Part shown: positions 1-14,377 of the stretch, piece by piece | How positions within the stretch are numbered: the first letter of the stretch is position 1 | Layout: each line of letters opens with the position of its first letter | Assembly (NCBI RefSeq): GCF_009914755.1 | Contig: NC_060933.1 | Length of the DNA stretch: 64,000 nucleotides | Source: the human T2T-CHM13v2.0 reference genome, Homo sapiens | Direction: 5' to 3' (one strand) | Translations under genes and position numbers: made by a program | Notes under the pieces: generated by a model | Told to the model about the DNA's origin: nothing | Databases searched by the model: none | Seen by the model: the letters and a program-made list of their open reading frames with translations, nothing else

Positions 1-872
1 ACCTGAAACCTGTGTAAAAACCCACAAACCAGAAGCAAAGCAGAGAGAGAGAAGGAAGTACCGCAGGAAAGTGAGCAGTGGCTCTCCCTGAACCCTGCCT
101 GGATGCCAGGGCTCACCTGCCTTGGGCCATCCCAGGTGAGGCTCCTCTGTCCTGCACCAGGTGGAAACTGAGGGTTTCCAGCACCCCTCGGGGCCAGTAG
201 AACACAGTGCTAGGAATCGGAACCTTGAGAGATGGAGGGCTACTTCCGCATTGCCTGTTGTTGCCCTCTAAGACGTTTCTTTTTTAGCCATGGAAAAACT
301 CTGTCACACACAGCCCTACCTGGATACCCAGGATATATGACTTGGGAATAAAATGGGAGGAGGTCGGCCCTGGAGCATTCTCAGGACTCTGCCTGCCCCT
401 GGGGGCTTCCAGAGCAAGACTACGGGGTGGTCTTTCCCACTCAGAACTTGTAAGTCACACGACTTGCCCGAGCCAGAGGTGACTGAATGGGCTGCGTAAT
501 TTCCATATTTCCTTTGTAGCGAACAAAGGCACAATGTCAATGAGAGAAGTCAGCTGGTCCTCCAGCAAACAGAACTGAGGCCTCAGTTCATTTTGCTGAG
601 CAGGGAACTCCGCCCCACCCCACATCCCAACAGGGCTGGACCATGATCTTAGCCAAGACCCAGGGCAGGAACCTGAAGAGCCTCGGGCACTATTTAAACA
701 CTTTGGCGGTCCTCTCGGGGCTCCAGGAGCCTAGAAGGAGATTCAAGGACACTTCAGTGCAGGAAGGGAGGGTTGGGGGAGGGGGGAAATTCCTACAGTG
801 GGGAAAGCTCAGACCTCCCACTTCCTTCTTCAAAGCCTGCTCCACCAGTCTGGCCACCGTCACCTGTGGCTT

Positions 873-1500
873 TGCAGCGGGATAGGTAGTCAAGGAAGTT
901 TTTGGGACGTGGCAACCGTGGGACGTACAGTCAACACAATAAGCCTCAGCATTCACACTGTAGTCCAGCTAATTCAAGCACAGCTATCTTCAGTAAGGAA
1001 TTTCCCCCTCTAGAGAGCATGCGCACTTTAATTTTACTTGTCCTCAGAATGACCCTTTGCTCATCATAATAGCAAAAAAACACAACCCTGGGTGGAGATT
1101 TAAGATGCTAATGAGATGTGACTTATGAACAAGCATGTACAGCTACTGCGCATGTGCACCCAGAGGACCATCCGAACATGCTTATAGCAACACCTCCTTA
1201 TGAATAATCATGAAAGCCTCCCATAAAGGGAGTCTCCCCTAGTGCCCGTCTTTAAAATAAGTGCCTAGTGCACTTATTTTAAGTGCATCTTATTTATTTA
1301 TGGATTTGTCTCATCCTTACCCCGAAGCCTGCCCTGAATTCTCTTACGGTGTACTGTCTATTCTGCACCTAACTTTCAAAATATTCTTTCTCCTTTGTAA
1401 TAAATTGCACTATTTTGCACCTCCCTTGCTGTGTTGTCTTTTGCTCAAATTCTTCTAAATCAAGAAGACAAGAACTGAGGTCTCACAACAACCATAAACA
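873..1500 (+). mobile_element. ERV1-class solo LTR (subfamily not determined)
   Basis: TG...CA ends, 4-bp TSD GCTT at 869-872 and 1501-1504, and AATAAA near 1399. Confidence 0.8.
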
Positions 1501-2566
1501 GCTTGGAAGGTTTTTCCAGGCATGTGATGGGTTTGAGTGAGTCAGCCACTCCTGGCCTTGCCTTCTTTGGAAGGGAGGGCAGGCGCAGGCTTCCTCTATG
1601 AGAAGCGAACACTCAGGGAGAGAGGTCAGCCTGGGGCCTCAGGCCCACCCTGATCTTAGCATGAGAGCTGATTGCCCTTCAGGAGTCAGCAGCCCAGAAT
1701 AAACTCTGAGGCCAGCTTGATAAGCCTTATCAACAAGGTCTCTTTGAGTTGCTTACAATATTTTTAATCATCTGAGAAAGTCTAAGAGTAGAAGAAAATC
1801 AGATCCCACAGATCAAAGCTGCCAGCAGCTCAGTGGGAAGGAATCAAGCTCCATGCATTCAGAAAGGCTGGGTTTATTTAGGCCCAAGGATGCTTGGGAG
1901 CCTGAGAAGCAACTCAGAAGTGTGGGAAATTAAAATCGTTAAGAAATATGCAGCATATTCTGATTTCCCAAATCTGCCATTGAGGCCATAACCAATCTTA
2001 CTGTTTCTCTTCTCTGCCACAACCTCCAGAAAACTGCTTGGCTTGGGGGAGGTGGAACTTCTTCCTGGCTACTTCTTTTACCATCTATTCTTACATACTT
2101 TCCAGAAATTCAGTAGAAATTAATTTTTCAAATTTTATTCATCCAAGCATCTAGATGATCCACTTCTGTGTTTAACTGGCCATAGACAGCAGAACAGAAT
2201 CAGAAGGTATGACCACATAGAGAAAAACCACTGGTCAAGATATCACAAGTCATCAGTTCAAATCCTGTTTCTACTGCTAATGTGCTCTGTTTGCCTGACA
2301 AGTTACCTAACATATCCTTCCTCATTTTTAAAAGGGTCTGTTGCCTAGACCTGTGGTTCCCAACTCTAGCCCCTGAAGGGCTTGTGAAAGTTCAGACTAC
2401 TGCCTCATCTCCATCCCACACATCCAGGCCCCATTCCGAGTTCCTGACTCAGCAGATCTGGGGTGGGAGCTGAGGATCTCGTTTCTAAGCAAGCTCTCTG
2501 ATGCTGAAGCTGCTAGATTAATGGCTGGCCTAGAACAGCAGCTCCAGCTGTGGGTGTGATTCGTAA

Positions 2567-2977
<411 letters not shown>

Positions 2978-3680
2978 TGAGGAGAAGACAGTTTTGAGCA
3001 CCTGCCACAACTTGGCCTGCCACCTGCTAATGACACTCCTTATAGGAAGTTACTGACCTCTCTGTAAGATGGCTATCGCGAGTCCTGCTTCACAGGACCG
3101 TTTTCAGAATGAAAGGATTAATACAAGTGAAGTAGTTAGTACAGTGCGTGGCATCAAGGACATGCTGGGGAACATTTGCTATTCCTATTTTCTTACCCAC
3201 ACTGCACAGTTTAACCTTACACTGGAGGTGATGGCATCCCAGAAGGATTCTGAGCAGGGAATGGACATCAGCAGAGCCTCCTGCAGGGTGGGCTGGGGCT
3301 GTCACTGGGAGTCCAGGTGGGTCAGGAGGAAGAGGCAGCTTACAGGGATATTTAGGGGAGTTTGTTCAGCATCTGAATGCAGAGTATGAGAAGAGAGGTG
3401 TGGTGTGGCGGGGAACCCAGGAGGGGCAGCTGGGGCTGAGGAGGTGGGGACAACACCTTCCACTGCAGACGCCATGGGCTTCAATTGCCTGGGAAACGTG
3501 TAAGTGGAGTTGCCCTGTGGGCAGTTAGAAATACTGGTTAAAATTTTTCCATTAATGACGACACTCCATCAATGACAAAATGATTACATCTGCCCCTTCT
3601 AAAGGGTCACATTCCTAGAAGAGGCAAAGCCGTCAGATGGGGACATCTTGTGATTGAAACATGAGTTATCCTGGAACAGG

Positions 3681-3727
3681 TCACACACACACACACACGT
3701 ACGCACACACACATACACACACACACA
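3681..3727. repeat. (CA)n microsatellite, interrupted
   Basis: Alternating purine-pyrimidine tract of about 46 bp. Confidence 0.9.
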
Positions 3728-3970
3728 GGGGCTGACCTTTGCCCACTTTCTCACTTCTGCTGGATCCACTGAGAGACCCCACCCCACCTCCAGGCTTGTA
3801 GGCTCATGCCTGGATCCAGCCTAACCCAGGTGTGATGTAGACCTGTCCCAGACACAGACATGCTGCCCAAGCCTCTCCTACATTTGAAATTAAGATGTGA
3901 TCCAGGTCCATCCCAAACCTGAAGGCTGAGCCACAGAGCTGGGCCCACATCAGCCCCCAGGCCTGCAATG

Positions 3971-5174
<1,204 letters not shown>

Positions 5175-5810
5175 AATGCCAAGAGCCCAGCTTGGAACCC
5201 TGTCCGCCCAGGGCTTACATGCCCACAAGCAACCCCTTTGCCTGGGCGAGCACTCACTTTCCACCTGAGGAGTGAGCCTGACCTTGAATCCCTGCACACC
5301 TGGGCCCTTGGACAAGTCCTCTCTTTCATGCTCCTGTGGTTTTCTGGACTAGCCTTGTCCAGGGAAAGGAGGAGACTCCTGGTCTTCCCTGGCCCTATTG
5401 CTTCTGGATCTCACTTCCTTTTCTAGTTCCGAGCTACTGAGAAGCCCCTTGTCATCTCCAAGGTTGCCCAAGAGTCAGCAAAGTCTGTTCTTGACAATAG
5501 AAATGAAAAAATGGTAGAGAACTGACCGTGGTGACCAAACAGGAAATGTGTAGGAAATTGTTCCCAGTCAGGATTTCTTCAGAGCCTGGTCAGAGAAGAG
5601 CAGAGAAGCTGTGGACACAGCTCTGAGTTCCCCTGGGGCTAGACGCATTGTCCTGGTCATTTGTGTATTTACACAGAAAAGAGAGGAAACTTCCTTACCA
5701 GTTATTAAGTGAGCATGATGCTAAAATTTACCTGTGTGTTTTCATTTCTTTAATTTTGCTTGATTTTGAAGTTTTTGACAGTAGACAACTAGTGATGGGT
5801 GAAATTCTGA

Positions 5811-6109
<299 letters not shown>

Positions 6110-6900
6110 AAAATGCTGATTTTTCATAGCAGTTAGGATGAGTACAGGAATTGCCCTATCCCACCTTCTCCGAACCCAGAAAAAGGACAGTGCAGGAATT
6201 AACAACTTCTAAAAACAAAAGGGAAGGAGGCAGTGATCTCAACACATTACAGACTAACAGAAAAGATGGAAGTATATTGAAGGATAAAAGAGAGTGAGGA
6301 GGAGGGCAGCCTAGAATGCATGGCAGGGGAGTCTTGCAGTGGAGGAGAGGGACCCTTGCAACAGTGGGAAGGAGGGCAGCCAGGCTGCAGAAAGACCACT
6401 CCTCAGTAACTGAGCCTGCAGCTCCCGCTGCTCCCAACTCCTTACAGACAAACTAGCATTTTGCCTTTGGGGAAGAAGTCTAGGGAACATTAATCCAAAG
6501 AAATTAAACATGCTGCCTGGGGAGAATTAAGGCAGTAGGAGGAGGATGGTGACCCTAAGTGAAGAACTCTTGGGAGGCACCCAGGCTAAAAGTCCAAGCC
6601 CCCTCCCCTTCTCAACCTAAAGTCTAAACTTCAGATGACAAAACCACGCCCACACATGTCATTCCCTCTATCCTCTGCCCACATCACCTCCACACACACA
6701 ATTCACACATAATCTCAGTCAGTCTTCTGATACTGGGGACAGACTAGAGGGAAAGAGAGCTATATGTATCACAGCAGAAGAGAACAACCCCAGGAAAATC
6801 CATCCAGCCTCTTGTTCTGAAATCTCATGGTGTAAGAATGCCAGACATCTTAAAAACACCAGTACCATGAAGAGAAAGATCATGATGAGCAAACCAACAC

Positions 6901-7454
6901 CTGCCTCAGAAGATAATTTGGAAAACAGAAAAAAAAGTTAAACAATTTATATTAATAGATATAGATTATATCTATATAGATATAGATTAATATAGATTAT
7001 ATCTATATAGATATAGATTAATATAGATTATATCTAGATATATATCTAATCTAGATATAGATATATATTACACACATGTTTATGTGTATATATATGCTAT
7101 AGATATAGATTATCTCTCTATATAGATATCTATATAGAATATATATAGATATAGCTATCTATATAAAGAGATAATCTATATCTATATATTCTATATATAT
7201 CTATATAGAGAATATATATTCTCTATATAGATATATATTCTCTCTATATATATATTCTCTATATAGATATAGAGAGATATAGAGAGATCATCTATATCTA
7301 TATATAGCATATATATACACACAAACATGTGTGTAAATATATCTATATATAGATTAGATATATATCTAGATATAATCTATATCTATTAATCTATATCTAT
7401 TAATATAAGTTTTTTAACTTTTTTTTCTGTTTTCCAAATTATCTTCTGAGGCAG
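6901..7454. repeat. AT-rich long inverted repeat (palindrome) built on (TA)/(TAGA)-like low-complexity DNA
   Basis: ctgcctcagaagataatttggaaaacagaaaaaaaagttaa at 6901 is the reverse complement of ttaacttttttttctgttttccaaattatcttctgaggcag ending at 7454. Symmetry continues inward. Confidence 0.95.
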
Positions 7455-7559
7455 AATATATATATAGATATAGATATCTATATAGATATCTATAGAGAGA
7501 GATAATCTATATATAGATCTAGATTATATCTATATTATACACACATAAGTTTGTATGAT

Positions 7560-9145
7560 AGTCAAGAAAAGCTCCCAGAACATAGAACATAATTTCAAAG
7601 AACTGGAAACTTTTTGGAAAGACAAGAGACAAGGTCAATCCAGAAGGTCTACTCCCTCAACCAGGAGTTCTGAGATGAAAAAATATAGAAGGCAGGAAAT
7701 TATCAAAAATATTATATAAGAAAATTGTTCTGATTTAAAGGAAAACACAAGTCTTCAGAATGAAAGTGTTCATCAAGTTCCTAGAACAATGAATAGAAAA
7801 AGACACACATGTAGATTCATGCCTATGTCATTACAGAACACAAAGACAAAAGAAAAAAATTAAAAATTTATAGAAAAAAATAACCATAAGGGATGAAGAA
7901 TCACACCAGTCATACTACAACTAACCATACTTTTAATCAAAAGTGACTGAAAAACATATTTTCAGACACGCAAGGATGAGAAAATTTATGCTCATGCACC
8001 TCTTCCGAGAAAGGCACTTAAGGAAGCAGTCTGGTAAAAAGTGAGTGAAAGCCAAGAAAGAGGAAGATATAGGATACAAGTCCAAGAGTCCAATGAAAAT
8101 ATGTCCCTGGGATGATGAGTTTGCCCTGGAAATTTATTAGTTCACCTTAGAAGAGGAAGTCCATCTGTCTGTGTGTCCTAAGAAATAGATGGAATGAGCA
8201 AGGCACTGGTTAAGGGTAAAGACATTGTGAGGAAAACATAGCTGTCTTCTCTCAAGAATAGGGCAATTAGAAACTTCAAGATTAACTGATTTTAAAAGCA
8301 TCTGTAAAAAAAGTACATATGTAATGCAATGTTATGCCTAATATATAGAACTATAATATACATATTACATTAAAAAACAAAAAGTCAAATGGCAGCTATA
8401 AATCATATATCATAAATAACATTAAATATGAATGGATTAAAAATGCTATCAAAAGGCAGAGATTTTCAGAGTGGCCAAAATAAAACAAACAGATTGAAAA
8501 TAAAGGAGAGAAAAGAATGTGTCTCATATATAGCAACCATGAGAAAGCTGGAGTACATATACTAATACCAGATAAAATAGATTTTAAAACAAAAGAAGCA
8601 AAAAATGTTACTAGAGATAAAGGGGGACATTTCACATTAATAAAAGGTATATCCATCAGGGAGATACAAAAGTTATACACACATATGCGCTTAATAACAG
8701 AACACCAAAATACATAAAGCAAAATTAATAGGAATAAAAGGAGAATAGACAATTCAACAATAATAGACATTTCAATACCTGACTTTTAATAATGAATAGA
8801 ACAACTAGTCAAAAGACCAACAAGGAAACAGAAGACTTGAGTACCACCAGAAACCAACTAGACCTAATAGATATCTATAAAGAACTCCATGCAACGACAT
8901 TCTTTATACATGCTAACCTATTTGATACTTAGGTAAAATGGACAAATTCCTAGAAAGACACAAAATATCAACACTGACTCAAGAAGAAATAGATAATCTG
9001 AATAGACCTATAACAAGTGAAGATAATTCATAATCTAAAAAACTTACTAGAGATAAAGAGGGACATTTCATACTAATAAAGGGTCACTCCATAAGGAAGA
9101 TACAACAGTTAAAAACACATATACACCTAATAACAGAACATCAAA
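7560..9145 (+). mobile_element. Old L1 (L1M) fragments: decayed ORF1 and ORF2 endonuclease region
   Basis: A-rich. ORF 8517..8717 KAGVHILIPDKIDFKTK..VTRDKGGHFTLIKG resembles the L1 ORF2p endonuclease. Frameshifted and decayed. Confidence 0.85.
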
Positions 9146-9399
9146 TTTTTCTAATTGTCTCAAGGATGTTCTTTTTATTACCTGTTTGTTGGAATCAGAA
9201 CCCAAATAGATGTAGTCTGCATTTGCATTTCATTATTTCTCTTAACACTCTTCTATTCTATTTATATTTTCCTTCCGTTTTTCCTCCATACCAGTGATTT
9301 GTTTGAAAAACAAGATATTTGTCTGTGGAATACCCCACCTTATGATTTGGCTTTTGCTTCCTTCTGGCATTGTATAACTTGTTCCTCTGTCCCCTGTAA

Positions 9400-9672
9400 T
9401 TTTTTTTCTTTTTTTCTTGAGACAGAGTCACCTGTCACCCAGCCTGGAGAGCAGTTGTATGATCATAGCTCACTACAGCCTTGAACTCTGCCTCAGCCTC
9501 TCAAGTAGCTGGGATTACAGGTGCATACCACCATGCCCAGCTAATTTTTTATTTTAGAGATGGGGTCTCACTATATTGCCCAGTCTGGTCTTGAACTCCC
9601 AGCCTCAAGTGATCACCCCACCTCAGCCTCCCAAAATGTTAGGATTTCAGATGTGAGCCACCACACCTGACC
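9400..9672 (-). mobile_element. AluJ-like element
   Basis: Diverged Alu with a poly-T start. Confidence 0.88.
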
Positions 9673-9706
9673 TGTATTTTTCTATAAACTGGCAGATACA
9701 GAGATT

Positions 9707-10205
9707 CTTTTTACACAGCTTCATTGAGATATAATCTAGACACCACATTCATTTAAGGTGTACAATTCAATGGGTTTCAGTATATTCGCAGATACATTCA
9801 TTATCATCACTGTCAATCTTAGAACATTTTCATCACCATAAAAAGAAATGCCATACCTTTCAGCTATCACCTCCCTGTCCTCCCATCCCTTTCTCTCACC
9901 CAGCCCTTAGGAATCACTCATCTATTTTCGGTCTCTGTAGATTTTTTCATCCTGAACTTTACTATGAATAGAATAATATGTGGTCTTTTGTCACTAGCTT
10001 CTTTCACTTAGCATAATGTTTTCAAGGTTCATCCAAGTTGTGGCATGTGTCAATACTTCATTCTTTTTATAGCTGAATTATGCTCTATTGTATGGATATA
10101 CGACATTTTACTTTCTTATTTATCTGTTGATGACACTTGAATTGTTTCTACCTTTTGGCTATTATGAATAATGCTACTATAACTATGTGTGCACAAGTTT
10201 TTGCG
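9707..10205 (-). mobile_element. L1M (L1MB-like) 3' end, antisense
   Basis: Typical L1M 3'UTR antisense text (cttcattgagatataa...ttcacttagcataatgttttcaaggttcatcca...ttttggctattatgaataatgct). Confidence 0.8.
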
Positions 10206-10354
10206 TGGGAATGGGGTGAGGGTGGAAATGGTTTGGGGGAGATCAGTGTTTTTCTTTAAAAGCCTTCTATCTCCTTTGTTTATGTTTTTCAGTCTTACAT
10301 TGATAAAAATGTAAAAGGTATGTTGCTGAGACAGGCTCTTGGATCAAATGCTCC

Positions 10355-10686
10355 ATGTTTCTCAGCATTTCTCAGCTTCCTTGGAGTGAGGCTGGGACTC
10401 ATGGACTAGAGGGAGCTGATGTGAGTCCCCTCCACAGCACAGCCATTGAGAGCCCACGAGTTTCCTCCAGCCTCTCTTCTCCTTTGAGCTCCCGTGTTGA
10501 GAAGATGAGCCCAGGAGATGGACAACAGTTCATCTGGATCCTGAGTCACCCAAGGACCTGCGGGAACTGGAGAGCCACACAACACACACGTGACTTGGCA
10601 TGCGGGGGACTGAGCTCTGCTGGGTTAAACCACTGAGAATCCAGATTTTATTTGTTATTGCAGAACAGCCTAGACTGGCTGGTACA
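10355..10686 (+). mobile_element. MLT1 (MaLR) LTR fragment
   Basis: The 3' end ttaaaccactgaga...atttgttattgcagaacagcctag...taca resembles MLT1 termini. Boundaries approximate. Confidence 0.55.
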
Positions 10687-12074
10687 AAGGGAATTTAAAA
10701 ATAACAACAGGGCATTATAAAGTGAGGATTAGGGAACATTTAAAAACTACTCTTAAAAACTAGTGAATGTGGGGGCGTTGGATTGTCATCAATGTTTTGT
10801 GATTTTATGAACAAAATTTCCAGCATGTGCTCTTAAATGTGCAATGACCAGACACCATGTGAATCACGCCCACAGGAAACCCACCCACCAGCGGTAGCAA
10901 CACATTCAAATGCAAGCACAGTGCCCACCTCGCTTAGCTGGTCCTTCAAGACCAAAGAGATGAATCAATGATAAATGACTCAGGGAATAATTTTAGACAT
11001 AAGAGCGTTGACTAAACAATTCTGAAGATGTTGAAAAGTAAAGTGTTCCAGACTCCATCTCTGAGGCTTCTCTTAGAGACCCAGCTACTGGCACTTTCCA
11101 GATACTATTTTAGAGTCAATATTCTTGACACCTTACGAACAGGGCTCAGAAGATGCCCCACGCAGCTTCTCACCACGTTTCCAGTGATCTCAGTGGACGG
11201 TGGGAAGGCACAAAGGTTAGTATACTCTGGAGTAAATTTAGACGCAGAACTGTTTTCATCCTTATTTCTCTGAGTAATCTGTTCTCTGCCAAGTTTCCCC
11301 CTTTATAGTCAGGGACCAACCAATTACCATGAAAATCAGATGAATAAATATTGAAGAGAATGTGTTCATTGCCTATTTTGGTGTCCCCACAGCAAGAATG
11401 TGATGTTACATTTTTAATTAAGTCTTTCATTTCCATTTTCTTTTTCAGCTAAAGCTGTCCTCCATAGGATCAATTTAACTAAAAAATTAGATCCAACAAA
11501 AAAGCCCCCCCCCCGAAGAACAGTCATTAGTAGGTATGACTTGACAAATTTTCTCAACAGTACTACAAGTTCCTCCTCCAAAATTAAAATTGTATGGTAA
11601 ACACAGCTTTGGGCATTGGCTCGCTTGGATACCTGGTTTAATCGTATTTCCACAAATTCATACCCTCTTTATCTGCTACATTATGATACTGATTTTTAAT
11701 GTATAATAAATATGTTATTAGGAGTACACAGCTCTTTTTTAAGTCATTCTTTGATCTATACAGACTAAGTGAACAAATTCAATAATCTTTGTTCTATAAG
11801 ATGACATATTTAACTAGATTTTAGCTTTTTGTTTTTTTAAATATCTAAAATTTTGAACTGAAATATTTATATTCTCATAGAATTGCTTGGGTATCTTCTC
11901 CCCTATTTTCTTTTAGATAACCACAACTGTTAGTCTATGCAAACAGGAAGAAGTATGAGCTGATTCTAAAAATTTCGTTTCTGATTCTACATCTGCTAGT
12001 AGCATGCAACCCTCAGCACCCCATCACCTCCACAGGCTCTCAACTCTTAACCTGTAAAAGCCCAGGCCAATCTT

Positions 12075-12345
12075 TGTGTTTGTTCATCAAATGCTTGTTG
12101 AATACTGCTATGTGCCAGGCACTACTCTACATATTGGGCACTATGGCACTAAACAAGTTTGCTACCCTCATGGGGAATACAGTCTAGTAGAAGAAACTAG
12201 CCACATAATGAAGAAATTAACAAAGAAATGAATGTTTGTTTGTGGTAAGTGCTTTAAGGTAAAAACAAAGCAGAATGCAGAAACAGGGGGTATAGAGGGG
12301 ATCCTATTTGGGATAAAAAGATTAGGGAAGGCTTCTCTGAAAAGA
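12075..12345 (-). mobile_element. L2 3' fragment
   Basis: ttcatcaaatgcttgttgaatactgctatgtgccaggcact...cctcatggggaatacagtctagt is typical L2 terminal sequence. Confidence 0.6.
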
Positions 12346-13326
12346 CTTCTTTGATGTGTAGGAAGCCTAGCTCATCTTAAGAGGTGAGCAAAATGGCAAA
12401 ATCTTGATACCAAAACCATATGAGCATATACAAGCAAAGGCAGCAAAGACAAGACAGGTTTTACTTACAAACAGAGATTCAACAAAATCCTAAATAAAAC
12501 ATTCGGTGACCAAATCCAATAATGCATTTCACAAGAACTATGTCAAGGTGAAGTAGAGTTTATGACAGGATTACAACATCAGAAAAATCTAGCTGTGTAA
12601 TTCTCCATATTAACAATTTAAAAAACAATTATTATCTCAAAAGGTGCTGAAGTAGTTGATAAAGTTCAACACCTATATATAATCAAAGTAATTAAATAAT
12701 ATGTGTAAGTTCCATGAGAGCAGAGATTTTCTTTTTAAACAGATTCCTAGACATATCCCAGCTGCCAAAACACAATGTCTGGACATAGTAGGCATTCAGT
12801 ATGTATTTGTTGAATGAATGAATAAATGGATGAATGAAATTTTTTAGGACAATCATCTAAAAGATAATCTCCCCAAAGCCTACTGCAACCAGTGCAATCA
12901 TTCCTTTTCAGGTTTGGAGTGGACAAGGACACTCTCCCCTGGTCAGCCTCTGTAGGCGCCCCTAGTCAGAGCAATGGGGTGAAATACCACGTAAGGGTGA
13001 GCCCTGGAAGGCAGGAGGTGAAACTGTCCAGGTCTGCAATGGCAGGACCAATGTTCCTGTAAAACTACTGGAAGAAGCAAAGTGTCCAGGCACAAGATCA
13101 CACCACATTCTTCTCTCTCCAGCAAAAATCGTCAAGAAAAAGAAACTCAAAATAACATGCCACTTACAACAGGAGCTAAATCTAGACACTGTAGGAAATA
13201 ATCTAATAAAGGAGACAGAAGAATTTGTGGGAAAAATTTTAAAACTCTATCAAAAGACACCTTAAAAACTAAGTTACTGGAGACTTATGCCATGTTCATG
13301 GTTGTGCTGATCTAATACAGAAAAAT

Positions 13327-13746
13327 TGTTGGGAAAAAGCTGAATGTTGGGAGGGAAACTGAGGCAGGGCTTGCATAATGTCCTTGGGAATGTGTCTAGA
13401 CTTGCTGGCTCCTTGCTTCTAGCCCTCCTAGGCTCCTAGATCGATTGTATTCCCATTATCTCAAGTAGCAGAACATGTTCCATATAAATGTTAAACCATC
13501 ACAGCTGTAAATCATGTGCTTAATGCAACGTGTCATTTTGACCTCCACATTCTCACCACCTGTTCCTCTGTTGGATTACCAATAAATAGTGCGGGTTCCC
13601 AGAGCTCGGGGCCTTTGCAACCTCCACGATTGCGATGGCCCTCTGGTGTCCCACCTTCCTCTCTCAAACTGTCTTTTTCTCAATCCTTTGACTCTGCCGG
13701 ACTTTGTCAGCCCCACGACCTGGCGTTGGGTCTGATCTCCCCAACA
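13327..13746 (+). mobile_element. LTR3-like solo LTR (HERV-K HML-6), inserted into an old L1 fragment
   Basis: 420 bp, TGTTGGG...CCCCAACA inverted ends, AAAAT on both sides, TATA-like CATATAAA at ~13481 and AATAAA at ~13581. The 3' end matches recalled LTR3 consensus. Confidence 0.8.
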
Positions 13747-14161
13747 AAAATGTCTGTTCTTCTTCAAATTAATCTACATACATTCATTGCAAGCCCTATT
13801 GAAATCCCAGCATGTATTGTTGGTGACTTGAAAAACTGATTCTAAAATCAGTATAAAGAAGAATATATATATGAAGCTCAGTAAAACGGTTTAGAAAAAG
13901 GAGAATCAAGAGGAAGGACTCACACCACCAGATGTTAGGAGAGTTCCAAAGCCATAAGGATGTAATAGCATGGTACTTATACAAGGACTAAACAGTCAGA
14001 TCAGTAGAATAGAATCCAGCACCCAGAAACAGACCATGATGCAAGGAACTTAGTATGTTTCAGAAGGAACATCAGGACAGCAGAGAAGAGATGAATGATT
14101 TAGTAAATGGTGACAGAAAAACTGGCTTACTATCTGGAGATTTAAAAACGTGTTGAGCCTC

Positions 14162-14317
14162 GGCCAGGTGTGGTGGCTCACACCTGTAATCCCAGCTCTT
14201 TGAGAGGTTAAGGCAGGTGGATCACCTGAGGTCAGGAGTTCAAGACCAGACTGGCCAATATGGAGAAAACCTGTCTCTACTAAAAATACAAAAACAAGCA
14301 AAAAACAAACAAACAAA
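14162..14317 (+). mobile_element. Alu left arm (truncated AluS)
   Basis: ggccaggtgtggtggctcacacctgtaatccc...ctactaaaaatacaaaaa, ending in the A-rich linker. Confidence 0.9.
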
Positions 14318-14337
14318 ATATATATATATATATATAG

Positions 14338-14376
<39 letters not shown>
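14318..14376. repeat. Compound (TA)n-(TG)n microsatellite
   Basis: Direct observation. Confidence 0.92.

Positions 14377-14377
<1 letters not shown>

Noticed and set aside
11425-11460. Strong + strand acceptor-like sequence (tttccattttctttttcag)
   Set aside because: No convincing paired donor or ORF, so an antisense exon cannot be supported from sequence alone.
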